Below are positions 1 to 12,028 of a stretch of DNA of 64,000 bases, piece after piece. The position numbers were made by a program, and so were the translations under genes. Under the pieces are notes generated by a model. The model was given only the letters and a program-made list of their open reading frames with translations. It was not told the origin of the DNA and did not search any database. Within the stretch, counting starts at the first letter, position 1, and each line of letters opens with the position of its first letter. Source of the stretch: Carcharhinus longimanus (lineage: Eukaryota). The stretch is taken from positions 70,274,960 to 70,338,959 of the forward strand of contig JASCQW010000043.1 in the NCBI GenBank assembly GCA_030264375.1, written 5' to 3'.

Positions 1-225
1 TTAAACTCCATCTGCCATCTCTCCACCCAAGTCTCCAACTGATCTATATCCTGCTGTATCCTCTGACGGTCCTCATCACTATCCGCAAATCCACCAACTT
101 GTGTCGTCCACAAACTTACTAATCAATCCAGTTACATTTTCCTCCAATTCATTTATATATAATTACAAACAGTAAAATGTTCCAGCACTGATCCCTGAGA
201 AATACCACTTGTCACAGCTTTTGAC
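1..225 (-). mobile_element. CR1/HER1-like LINE reverse-transcriptase fragment (truncated by the window edge)
   Basis: Collinear similarity to the CR1 copy at ~6600-6830 (ccatctgcca..., cagcactgatccc.., ccact.g.cac). The reverse complement carries a degenerate 'KFVDDT' RT motif. Confidence 0.7.
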
Positions 226-526
226 AAATTTTGTGAAACCAGCACAAATTTTCATGCTGGAAATTTGGTCTGGTTTCAAACGTAGGTCCCAAATACTAAT
301 ATTACTACTGTTCCATATAGTTCCTAGGACAAAGGATTAACTTGAAACTAAAGTGAATTATTAAGTTACAGCTAACCTAAAACCTGAAGTAAAATACATG
401 TATCCTTCATTGCTCCGTGCAGCGAATTTTCACAATAAATGCATTTTTAAATGACTTATCTCCTGAAGACTGGATCATTGCATCAGTACTGGGACATAAT
501 TTTGCTACAGCATAACATCTAACTTT

Positions 527-810
527 AGAATTTCCACAGTGCCAAAAGAGGCCATTTTGCCCACCTCCCTGCCTTATCCCAATAATCCTGCATATTTACT
601 CATGGTTAATTCACCAAACCTACTCAAATTTGGACACTTAGGGCCAATTTAGCATAGCCAATCCAATTAACCTGCACATTTTTGGGGTGTGGAAAGACAC
701 CGGAGCACTCGGGAAAGAACATGCAAACTCTGCAGTCACCCAAGGCTGGTATCAAAACCGGGTCTCTGATGCTGTGAGGCAGCAGTGCTAACCATTATGC
801 CACCATGCCA
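527..810 (-). mobile_element. HE1-type V-SINE (tRNA-derived)
   Basis: The reverse complement begins tggcatggtggcataatggttagcactgctgcctcacagc (tRNA head). It has the V-core (gagtttgcatgttct...gtgcaggttaattggattggctatgctaaattg) and a CR1-type tail. Confidence 0.85.
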
Positions 811-1975
811 TCCTATTTGCCATTGGGGTTAGATTTGACATTGCACGTGTAGATTTTTAAATCTTTAATGTCGCTAGATGTCGAAAGCACAAGGTGATAA
901 TGAATCAGTGCAGGAAATTTGATATCTGAGACATGGCTGCAAAGGATAATAAAATGTGTGTCGCCTTACCCATCAGATTGAAGGGTTGTGAAAGGAACAG
1001 CACAAGATCGAGAAGGACGATAAATTGGAGCGAGTGAATTCAATGACAAAACAGGCACAGAAACAGAAACAAGCAGAGGCAAAGAAAGATTGGATCAAGA
1101 AAGATGAAAGAGACAAAAGGAAAAGTAAAAAAGTTAATAAAAATTTACGTTTTTAACATCTCCAACAGCAATTAGACCTGAAAGAATTAGGCATTTGTAG
1201 CGGCTAATTTTCAGTGCTAGATAAGTTTAAATTATGCCAGCCAACCTATAATTTCTTTGGAAAGGTACTGAGACTGGACAAGACATTTCTTTCTGTGGCA
1301 AGTTCAGTTCACTGTCCAAAAACAGCAACCTTAGACATTCAATACACTTCAGTAGTGAGACAGATCACAAAATGCCATTTTCATGAAGTTTATGCAGTAG
1401 CAGTACATCTGAGATAGCACCTTTTGGATGTTTAGCTGCATTTCTGACTGTACCATGGCTGTGCCATTTTCACATAAATAATTACAAGCACCGAAAGTCT
1501 CACTTTTAGTTCAACCCCAAATGATGCCCTGACATAAAACACAGCCGGTACTGGGCTTGATAGATAGACTAATTTCTTAACTTTTTCAACCTACAACAAT
1601 GATTGCATCAGGCATGATCTCACTGAATATCAAACACTAAACAAGGCAAAGCTGAATGGAGCAATGCCTATGTAAACTGTAACTAGATAGGCACTCCACT
1701 TTTCTGTAAGCTGGAATGAGCAAACTAGAACTGGCCTTGTAAATCCCTCTGGTATTTCATGTGGCAGCAACTGATTCCAGGCATAGTTCTACAATTCTTA
1801 TTCTTCCCCTTCAGTGTCACCTCATGGCAGAGTTGTCACTTAGTCCCAGCATTCTCAACTGGTGATCTTTGTTTGAAGTAAATAAATAAAAATTAGAATT
1901 GGTTTTGCTTTTCACCTTTTCGTGTGATCATGGTCCATGATTATAAAAAAATCAGCAAGACATAAAGATCAATTT

Positions 1976-2283
1976 GGGGGTGGCATACTGGTTATCACTG
2001 CTGTCTCAGTGCTAGGAATCCAGGTTCAATTCCAGGCTTGTGTGACTGTGTGGAGTTTGCACACTCTCTCTCTGCATGGGTTTCCTCCAGGTACTCTGGT
2101 TTCCTCCCACACTCAAAAGATGTATGGGTTAGGCTGATTGGCTGTGCTAAATTGACCCTTAGTATCAGGGGAGTTAAGAGGGCAAATATTTAGGGGTTAT
2201 AGGGATAGGGTCTGAGTGGGATTCTTGTTCATGAATGCTTGAAGGGGCCAATGGCCTCCTTCTGCACAATAGGTATTCTATGA
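1976..2283 (+). mobile_element. HE1-type V-SINE
   Basis: tRNA head with B-box-like ggttcaattcc, V-core gtggagtttgcac...ggtttcctcccac...gctaaattg, and tail aatggcctccttctgcac...attctatga. Confidence 0.85.
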
Positions 2284-4904
2284 AAAATGATTCTAAAAAT
2301 TAATTCTCAAAGAATGTCATCTATTGTGACAAATTAAATATGCAACTTCTAACATGCAATTTAAATTTTCCATTTTTTTCTTTCTTTGGCTTATAGTGCT
2401 TTCTTAAAGACTAGTGATCTTGGCCTCAATTCCTCCCTTCAAAGCTTAATATCTAGCCTGTATGACAAAATGTTATTCCTAGCTTGATCTCAGAATCTAA
2501 ATGGCAAGGCATTGCAAACCAAAATTACAGTCTCAGTCTTGAATCAGTATTTAAGATATCATAATTTGCCTCCAAATGCAGCAGATGACATTGGGTCATC
2601 ATGTTGGCTGGGGCCGTTGTAACTTCTTTCCCAGTTAGTGCACTTTTTTGTGTAACTATCTGAGCGACTATTTTTTGCTGGAACTTACCTACAGGGCAAA
2701 CAGGGGTGGTTAACCATAATGGAACATTGTATTATGGAGCTACTTGTGTCACGTAACAATATTAAATACAGCTTATCTTTTTAAGACAGTGGTAGGCAAT
2801 ACACCAAGCACCTTAGGTACAGTATATTGTCAAGAGCTCAAAAATAAATTAAAAAAATTCAGTGGGACTCAGCTGGTCTAGAGCTCCTTGCAGAGAATCT
2901 GACACCGGTATGACCTAGACCACACCAAATGACTGATAGATGGAGGCAAAAGGGGGAAAATAAAGACTTTCATCTGCTCTACAATATTGAAAGAAAAATC
3001 AATTTAGGGAAGAGACATCATGCTACTATAAATCACTTAAGTTCATTTATGCACAAGAGCTGATGAGGATTACTTCATTATTCCATTATTTAGCAATGTG
3101 TCAAGATAATTTGCTGTGTAATGCAGACAGGAGACTTTTCCTCAAGCACTGATACATGTTGCATTAACAGAAACAAAACAAAATTTAACTTTACATAATG
3201 AAATTCCTTAAAAGCTCAGTGTTCCCATTACTAAATTGGCCAAGCAAACTAAACACATATTTTTCCAACTATTACTTAAAAAGCATTTCAATGCTTAACA
3301 TCGCATTACCTCCTGTCATTGTGAATTGTGTGGTTTGAAGCCTACATAATGGCTAATCTGGACTCTCAAGCTGACTCTCTTGCCAACAGAATTCAAAAGA
3401 AAAACCTCAAGTGGCAAACGCAAATCATCTTTTGAAAAGAAAACCCAATCGTGCATCACAAGCAAGATGGCAGGCTCCCTAATGTGAATATAATGTCTAT
3501 TATTCAGATATGTTTCCTCAGCTGCCACACCAATCCTCCTGGGACCAATACTTCCCCGGCTGTAAGAAATAAAGGAAGCATGTCTGAAAAACAGACCTGA
3601 AGCCCATGACAACTCATTTATCCTCACTAGCCTAACCCAAGCATAATGTGGTTAATGCACGAATAAGCTCATAGTGTTGATAAATAACTTGGTGTGCTGC
3701 ACATTTAAACAATTAGATAGTCATTAAGCTCCAAATAATATTATGTGATAATTCTATGCTGCACCTGGTGCAAATTATGACATTTTAATTCACCTACATA
3801 CTCATTATGATACGCTTTATGCATGTGTGGCTAACTGCATCTTAATGAACGAAACATAATATGGGAAAGAACAAAATATGTTCAAGCGTTAAAAGGATGT
3901 AATTTTCAAAGATGATCTTGATACACATGAGAAGAGCAATTAGGACAGCACAAAGCAAGCTAAGGATTTTCACTGGCAGATCATAGTCACATTAGAGTAT
4001 GAAGCTGCAAAAAATTGTCGGAGAATTTTTAAAAGCAGCTTCTCTAAAACGTCATGGGTAATTTGTCATACAAGCAGAAAGCAAAAAGAACATAAACCAC
4101 AGCAAACCAAATTTCCTTCAACATGCAGAGAACCTAAGCTAAGTTTCATTTTTTTTAAATGGCAATGGATGATCCACTGGCAGAAAAGGGATTCATGTCA
4201 CCAAGAGGCACTGGGGTAAAATTGTTTCAAGCTATTTCTCAGGGTCAAATGTTTGGCATGCTCAAAGTGCGCAACTGATTACTTGGGGACAATTAAAAGC
4301 CCCAAACTGGTCCCTGCGTTTCATTTGAATGGAATAGCTAAGCTTTTAAGTGGCAGCTGGCATAACTGAAGCAGTGTGGAAGTGGTGAGTGTTCCAGTCA
4401 CTGTTAAAAAGGAGGTACATTTTGGCTACAGGCACCTGCAATTCAAGATTTCAGAAAATGGCAGGAAGCAGAGAAGATATCCTCTTCCCCTGGATTTTGG
4501 ATGTTTGAAGGGCGAAGAACGATCTTATCGGTGGGCAAGGTTTTGTGGTCAGTATTTTAGTCCCAATGCCTATCAATGATCTTTCCCTCTGTTATAAGGA
4601 CAAAAGTGGGGGGATTACTGAAGATTGCAAAGTGCTCAGCTGCACTTCCAATTTTTCAGATAATGAAGCAGTCCATGTCTGTGTCGAGGTTGAAACTGCG
4701 AAGTGGAAAGTAAAATTCTTGTGACAAAATGGCGATAGCCATTTTCAACAAGGTAACTTAACTATCTCCCTTCGACTTCAATTACATTAATATTGCCAAA
4801 CCCTTCACCAGCAAAATTTTGAATGTCACTCTTGATTAGAAACTTAACTGAATCTGCCACATGTCTACAGGACCTGTCTAGAGAATGTCAGAGGTCCCAT
4901 CTTC

Positions 4905-5370
4905 TTACAGATCACAAGTATGATGGGATACTATCCACTTGCCTTGGTGGGTGCAGCTGTAGCAACATTTGAAAAAATTTGGCACCATTCAGGACAAAGC
5001 AATCCACTTGGTCAACACCTAATTTACTCCCTCCACTGCCCTTGCACAATGACTACAGTGAATATCACCCACAGGATGGACCGCAGCAATGCACCAATGC
5101 TTCCTCAACCCAGCATCTCTACCATCCAGAAGGAAAGGGCAGCAGACACAGAAAACACCATCACTGCAAGTTGCCTGCCAAGTCATACACCATCCTGAGG
5201 TAAAACTCATCATTTCTGAGTCAAAATCACAGAATTGCCTACATAACGAACAAGGGAACTCTTCTGCCACATGGATGGCAGCGGTTCAAGAAGGCAGTTC
5301 ACCACCACCTTCAAAGTCGATTAGGGATGAGCAATAAATGTAGGCCTTGCCAGTAAAGACAAAATCCCAC
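4905..5370 (+). mobile_element. CR1-clade LINE 3' end (second family)
   Basis: Shares sequence with 11270-11750 and 52440-52900 (caggacaaagc..., ccactgc..tgcaca, caccacctt...agggatg.gcaataaatg..ggccttgccag). Confidence 0.75.
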
Positions 5371-5604
5371 AAAAAGCAACAGGCACGCAGAGCAGGAGAG
5401 TGAGAGTATATCCACATCATATTCCCAGAGAGAATTTGGTGACATCATGGGCATGTCAGGAGCAAAGCTCCTCAAAAGGCTGAAGGATGTGTCAGAGTTT
5501 TTGGTCATCAATCCTCTTTCCCAATTCACCTAAATCTCATTCTTCCCCTCAATGTGAGATAAAATACTTTTAGCAGCCACTTACCAATCACCCTTACCAT
5601 TATT

Positions 5605-6955
5605 TTTAGTCATAAAGTCAGAGATGTAAAGTGCAGAACAGGACTTTTGTCTGCATTGACAGTAACTAAAGTCACACTAATCCCATTTCCCAGCACTTGT
5701 CCCACATCCCTGAATGTTCTGATGTTTCAATAANNNNNNNNNNNNNNNNNNNNNNNNNNNNNNNNNNNNNNNNNNNNNNNNNNNNNNNNNNNNNNNNNNN
5801 NNNNNNNNNNNNNNNNNNNNNNNNNNNNNNNNNTAAAGTGCAGAACAGGACTTTTGGCCCATCATGTCTGCATTGACAGTAACTAAAGTCACACTAATCC
5901 CATTTTCCAGCACTTGTCCCACATCCCTGAATGTTCTGATGTTTCAAGAATTCATTCAAATACTTTTTAACGGTTGTAAGGTTTCTGGCATCCACTACCT
6001 TCCCTGGCAATGCATTCCAGATTCTCACCACCGAGTGAATTTTACTTCCTCAAATCTTCTCTCAATCTCCTGCCCTTTACCCTAAAACTATACCCCTTCA
6101 TGATTGATTCCTCAACCAAGGGGAGCAGCGCTTCCTATTCACCCTTCCCATACCCCTCAATCTTACACACCACAATCACGTCACCCCCTCAGCTCTGCTC
6201 TAAAGAAAACAATCCAAGCCTATCCAGTCATTCCATATAACTCAAATGTTCCATCCTAGGCAACATCCTGGTGAATCTTCTCTGTACCCCTTGTAGTGCA
6301 ATAACATCCTTTCTATAGTGAGGTGACCAGAACTGTGCACAGTATTCCAGCTGTGGCCTAACCAATGTTTTATACAGTTTCAACATTAGTTCCTTGCTCT
6401 TATACTCTATCCCACAACTAAAAAAAGCAGGTGTCCCATATGCCTTCTTAATTACCCTATTCCCCTGCTCTATAGCCTTCAACGATCTGTGAATAAGTAC
6501 CCCAAGATCCATCTATTCCTCTCATCTTCATAGTATGTTACCATTCATTAAATACTCCTTTGTCTTATTACCTCTTCTGAAGTGCATCACCTCACATTTA
6601 TCAGGGTTAAATACCATCTGCCACTGCTCTTGTCAAACTTGTTTATATCTTTCTGTAACCTATGGCCTCTTCTTCACCCTTAATCACCCTACCAATCTTG
6701 GTGTCATTTGCAAACTTGCTTCTCATTCCCCCCACATTGTTATACACCTAAATGATATAGATGACAAACAATAAAGGTACCTAGCACTGAACCTTGTGGT
6801 ATGCCACTGGACACCGGCCTCCAATCTCTCAAACACAGCCTTCTACTGCCACCCTTTGTTATCCATACTAAGCTAATTTTGGGTACATCTCACCAAGTTT
6901 CCCGGAATTCCATGTGCTTCAACCTTCTCAATCAGTCTCCCATGTGGGATCTTGT
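5605..6955 (-). mobile_element. CR1/HER1-like LINE, degenerate RT C-terminus and 3' UTR (spans an assembly gap)
   Basis: ORF 6228..6512 (DLGVLIHRSLK...LYKTLVRPQLEYCAQFWSPHYRKDVIALQGVQRRFTRMLP) is a typical CR1 ORF2 C-terminal segment. Confidence 0.9.
5734..5833. other. Assembly gap (100 N) with duplicated flanks
   Basis: 5627-5730 is repeated at 5834-5947, differing mainly by a 10-nt indel. Other gaps are at 17219-17221, 20588-20597, 50497-50623 and 56523-56622. Confidence 0.95.
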
Positions 6956-6959
6956 CTTT

Positions 6960-7423
6960 GACCTTTTAATTCATTCTTGGGATATGAGCATTGCCGGCAA
7001 AGCAAGCATTTATTGCTGGTCCCCAATTACTCTTGTGCAGGTGGTGGTGAACCACCATCTTGAATGACTGCAGTTCCATGTGTTGGTACGCCCACAGTGC
7101 TGTCAGAAATGGAGTTCAGGGTTTTGACCCAGTGACAGTAACACTGGCAGAGTAACAATATTGTCCCAAGTCAGGATTGTGTGAGATTTGGAGGGGAAAT
7201 TGCAGTTGGCTGTATTCCCAAGTGCCTGATGCCCTTATTTTCTCAGGTGGTGGAGTTCATGGGTCTGGATGGTGCTGATGAAGAAGCCTTAATGAGTTGT
7301 TGCAATGCATCCGGTAGATAGTACATACTGCTGCCACTGTGCACTGATGGATGGGATGTTAAATCAAGCAGACTTCTTTCTGGAGATGCTTTTGAGCTTT
7401 GAGTGTTGTTAGAATTGCATTCA
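6960..7423 (-). mobile_element. CR1-clade LINE 3' end (second family), reverse orientation
   Basis: gcatttattgc...gtggtggtgaaccaccatcttgaa...gagttc.ggttttgacccagtgacagt is the reverse complement of the 3' ends at ~5300-5350 and ~52760-52880. Confidence 0.75.
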
Positions 7424-7865
7424 GTAAGAAGTCTCATAACTCCAGGTTAAAGTCCAACAGGTTTATTTGGTAGCAAATACCACTAGCCTTCGGAGCACTG
7501 CTCCTTCGTCAGGCGAGTGGGAGTTCTGTTCACAAACAGGGTATATAAAGACACAAACTCAAATGACAGAATAATGATTGGAATGTGAATCTTTGCAGCT
7601 AATCAAGTCTTAAATGTACAGGCAATGTGAGTGGAGAGAGCATTAAGCACAGATTAAAGAGATGTGTATTGTCTCCAGACAGGAAAGTTAGTGAGATTTT
7701 GCAAGTCCAGGCAAGTTGTAGGGGTTACAGATAGTGACATGAACCCAAGATCCCAGTTGAGGCTGTCCTCATGTGTGCAGAACTTGGCTATCAGTCTCTG
7801 CTCACACAACAGCACATCGCTGAGCAGAGACTGATAACCAAGTTCCACACACAAGGATGGACTTT
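7424..7865 (-). mobile_element. Penelope-like retroelement 3' fragment with a short inverted segment
   Basis: The minus strand encodes EQRLIAKFCTHEDSLNWDLGFMS (GIY-YIG C-terminus-like). It is followed by a hammerhead-like motif and the ccaaataaacctgttggactttaacctgg terminus also seen at 44301-44672. Inverted arms are at 7766-7804 and 7821-7857. Confidence 0.8.
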
Positions 7866-7884
7866 AACTTTAAGAAAAGGGAAT

Positions 7885-9400
7885 GGCAGCAGCATTGAAC
7901 AAATACTTTGCATCTGACTTTGCAGTAGAAAACACAAGTTTGATGCCAGAGATAGGTGGCAAAAGAGGGAAAAAAAAGGGAAATTTATATTATAGAAAAA
8001 TTACTGGATAAACTTAAGGGACCAAAATACAACAACTGCCCAGGGGCTGATGATCTACATCCTTGGTACTAAAGAAGATAGCTGCAGAGATAGTTGATGC
8101 ATTAACTGTGATTTTTCATAATTGATGGATTCAAGAAAGATCCCACCAGATTGGAAGTTGGCAAATATTATTCCATGTTTCAAGTAAGGAAGGAGAGTGT
8201 TAACAGGGAAGTGTTAACAATGCACTTAAAGCACAGTATGATTAGAACAAGTCAACATGGTTTTACTGAAGACAAATCTTAAAAAATCTACAATTAATTT
8301 GTTAAAAAGTATGTAATTGATAAGGTAAATAACCAGTGGAATGCCACACAAAAGGTTAATAGGCAAGATAATGTGCATGGAGCTGGATGTAATACATTAA
8401 AATGGGTAGGAGATTAGTTAACAGATTAGCAGAGAGAAGGCATAAATGGGACTTTTTTTCCCCAAGCTGGCAGGAACAGTAGTGGTGGCGCCTCAGTTAT
8501 TTACAATACATGATACCAAACTTGATAAGAAGGTAAGTTTTGGGAGGATAGAGAGGCAAGTTAAGTAAATGGCCAACAAGATGACAGATGGAATATAATG
8601 TGAGGAAATGTGAAGAAATTCATTCTGGTTGAAACAGTAGAATGGCAGAAATTTTTTAAAAAAGGTGAGAAACTCGTACATGTTAACATTCAGAGATTGG
8701 GATGTGTTGTACGAGGAACACAAAAAAAATTAACATGCAAGTCCATCAAGCAATTAGGAAGGGAAATGGCACATTAGTCTTTATTGCAAGGGAACTGTAT
8801 ATAGGAATAAAGAAACCTTGCTAGAGTTGTACAAGGTTCTGGTGAGACCACAACTGGAATGCTGCGTCAGTTTTAGTTTCCACATTTAACGAAGGAAATA
8901 CTTGCATTGAAAGTAGTACAGCCAAGGTTCACTAAATTGGTCTCTTGAATGAGAGGATTGTCCTATATGAGAGGCTGAGTAAATTTGGTTCATTTTTTCT
9001 GGAGTTGACAGACTGAGAGGTGATCTCATTGAAATTTACAAAATTCTCAAGGGGCTTGATAGACTGGACACAGATTGTTTCCACTGGTCAAGAAGTCTAA
9101 AATACATCAACATTGGCCCTGAGACTATCATTTTGGATTGAGGGGAGGGGAAATTACATCCTTCAAAGGATTGTGAATCTTTGGAATTCTCTACCTCAGG
9201 GTAATGGATGCTCCATTATTTAATACATTTAAGGCTGGAATAAATAGATTTTGGGTGTATCAGGGAATTAAGGGATATAAGGGATATAAGGGATAGTCAG
9301 GGAATTGAAGTTGAAGCCCAAGATCAGCAATGATTAAATTGCATTGAATGGTACAGCAGGCTCCATGGTTCACATGGCCTACTGTTCCTATTATTTCAGT
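7885..9400 (+). mobile_element. CR1-like LINE, heavily decayed RT region and 3' end
   Basis: Degenerate motifs: PG.D..HP.VLKE.A.EI.DAL (8040-8105), SQHGF (8250-8265), LYKVLVRPQLECC..F (8826-8875), RLRGDLIEIYKILKGLDR (9010-9063), and a CR1 3' tail. Confidence 0.85.
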
Positions 9401-10319
9401 TCTTGTGGAGGAATGTGGAATATTGTCCTTATTAAATGCATAATTCTTCCCCTATCAGCTTTCTAGTGTCATTATTACTAGGCATTCAGGCAGGCCACAT
9501 TGCCCCTGCCCACACCAAGAGATTGCAGTCAGCAGTTAGATTCTCAGACTGAATTGCGTGATGATGTGTTTGAATAGTAAACTTATTCTGAGTTGCTGTA
9601 CCACCATGAGTTTGTACTGTTTAAGGGATATGGAGGGTGCAAGGACCAGAAGAGATAGCAAAAGGGACTATTGGTGCAATGCAGAAGTTTTCTTGAATAA
9701 ATTTACAGCCTTGTAGCTGGACACCGTGCTTCCTCCAGATCCACTTTCTCATTCCCACCTTGCCGTTTCTTCTCCAGCTCTTTTTCCCCAGGTGAGCTTC
9801 AATGCTTATGAAGTTAGAGAAGGCTGAGATGGGTAGATTTCTGGTCCCTCAGTTGCTCAGAAACACATCCATTGATAGAAGAACTTTGGCCATAATAAGC
9901 TAAAATATCAAAAGTCTACTGTTTCAAGTCTAGTCACCAATATTCATTTTTGGAAAGGCTCTGAAACAATACACAAATGCCTGTTGCTGTAATCAAGAGA
10001 AGTGGAAGTTTAGAGATGCTCTGAGGGAAAAGATTAATATGTCTTTTAAAAAAAACTCATCGCTCTTACACAGGTATCTGGACACTTTCTCCCTGAAATC
10101 CGTTTAGTTTTGAAACCAGAAAAACATCTAATGTTCTCTTAAATACACACAGTGCTTGCTTAACTGAATTCCTTAACAAAATAATGCTGCAGCTGCATTA
10201 GAAAATGACCAGAATGCAAAATTCTCTGCTTCAAACTCTTAAATGTGGCGACTAAGGGATTTTCACCAACTTCATTGCAGTGTTATTGTAAACCGACGCG
10301 AATAAATAAAATTAAAAGA

Positions 10320-11755
10320 ACAAACATCCAGCTATGAATGATGGTGGTCAATTAAACTCAGCAGAAGGGGAGGCCCTACAAATACTCCCATCGTCAATGA
10401 TGGAGAGCTCAGCATAAGTGCAAAATACCAGACTGAACCACTTGCCACCATCTTCAATCCCTGGCTGAGTGTAGGTGTTCTTTCTCATCATCCACTGGAG
10501 GGACCTGTCATCATAGAAAACCATCTTCAGCCAATTTGATTCACTTGATAAGAAAATTGCCAAAGATATTGGATACAGCAAGGCCATGGGTCCAGACAAT
10601 AACCTAGTACAGTACTGAAATCTTGTGCCCCAAAATAGCCAAACCCCAAAATAAGCTGTTCCATTACAGATAAAACACTGGTATCTACCCAGCATGGTGG
10701 AAAATTACCCAGGTTTGTCCTATACGCAAAAAGGACAAAATTTAATTTGGCCAATTATCAGCCCATCTGTCTACTTGTGATTGTCAGCGAAGTAACAGAA
10801 GATGCCGTCAACAGTGCTATGAGGTAGCACTTACTCAGCAATAATCAGTTTGCTGATGCTCAGTTTGGGTTCTGCCTGTTTCACAGCCCTAGTCCAAACA
10901 TGGACAAAAGAGCTGAACACGACTGGTGAGATGAAAGATTGCCCTTAACAGCATTTGACCAAATGTGCAGGCCTAGAAAAACAAATGGGGGTTGGGAAAA
11001 AAACTCTCCATTGGTTGTCTCATTTCTAGTACAAAGGAAGATGGTTATGGTTGTTGGAAGCCAATTATCTCAGCTCCAGGACATTGTTGCAGGGTAGTGT
11101 CCAAGAAAAGCCCAACAACTTTAGCTGCTTTCCTTCCATCATAAGGTCTAACTAGAGATGTTTGCTGATGAGTGCAAAATATCAGATACTAAAGCATGCA
11201 GCAAGACCTGGACAATGTTCAGGTTTGAGCTGATAAGATACATTTGCATCACACCACGTACAAGGCACGAGTCAGGAATAAGATAGAATACTCTTCATTT
11301 CTCTGGATGAGTGAAACTTCAACAACATTCAAACTTGATATCATCCAGGATAAAACTGCCAGCTTGATTGGCACCCCATTCACCATCTTAAACATTCACT
11401 CCCACCACCACCACCACCACCAATGCACAGTTGACAGCTGTATACTTTACATGATGCCTGCTGCAACCCACCAATGCTCCTTTAGGAACACCTTGCAAAC
11501 CTGCAACCTCCACAGCTTAAAATGCCAAGGCAGCAGATACATGGGGGCATCACCAACTGCAAGTTCTCCTCCAAGCCACAAACCATCCTGACTTAAGTCA
11601 CCCTCCTTCTCAGTTGCTGGGTAAAAATTCTGGAACTCCCAAACAGCACTACACCACATGGACCAGTGATATTCTGCCACCTTCTCAACGGTAATTAGGG
11701 ATGGGCAACAATGCTGGCCTTGTCAGCTACACTCAAACTCAATACAAGAAAAAAA
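10320..11755 (+). mobile_element. CR1-clade LINE (second family), decayed RT and 3' end
   Basis: Degenerate KAMGPDN..VLKSCAP, 'GIYP..WKI.QVCPI.KK', 'ANYQPICLL', QFGF and MFADE motifs, ending in the gggatgggcaac..tgctggccttg tail and an A-rich end. Confidence 0.8.
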
Positions 11756-11906
11756 ACACAGCCACCTAGAAATTATGAGAAGTGAGCATGAAAGTGGAAT
11801 TTGACTAGATCACTCACATAGGTTTATGCTGAATAGAACACTACAGAAATTAACTCTGCTCAAGTGGTACCAGATTTAGAATAGTGTAGCTTTGTCTGAG
11901 ATTGCA

Positions 11907-12028
11907 GGCAGGATTTTACAGCCTTGCTCAACCCGAGTCTGGAAAAACCCCACTGAAGTCAACGGACCTTCCCACTGTCTGCCCTTTGCCCGCTCCAATT
12001 CTCGTGGCAGGCAGGGTGGCAGAATTCT
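11907..12028. mobile_element. Short MITE-like element (probable Harbinger-type non-autonomous)
   Basis: GC-richer island bounded by ggcaggattttac and ggcagaattctg, imperfect inverted ends resembling those at 32955-33160. Confidence 0.4.

Noticed and set aside
1976-2040. tRNA gene
   Set aside because: The A/B-box-like sequences are SINE heads followed by SINE cores, with no complete cloverleaf.
3316-3627. 103-aa ORF
   Set aside because: No recognisable protein. It is in a different frame from the candidate poison exon and has a non-ATG start.
5627-5947. Apparent ~105-bp tandem duplication
   Set aside because: The copies flank a 100-N gap and differ mainly by a 10-nt indel. This is most likely an uncollapsed contig or haplotype overlap; the aagtgag repeat around the 17219-17221 gap looks the same.
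9700-9880. Purine-rich minus-strand stretch (EKELEKKRQGGNEKVDLEE) considered as TLE1 exon 9
   Set aside because: It has no similarity to the expected SNSLLVPDSLR...KKRKVDDKD peptide and no matching splice sites. Exon 9 probably lies beyond coordinate 1.
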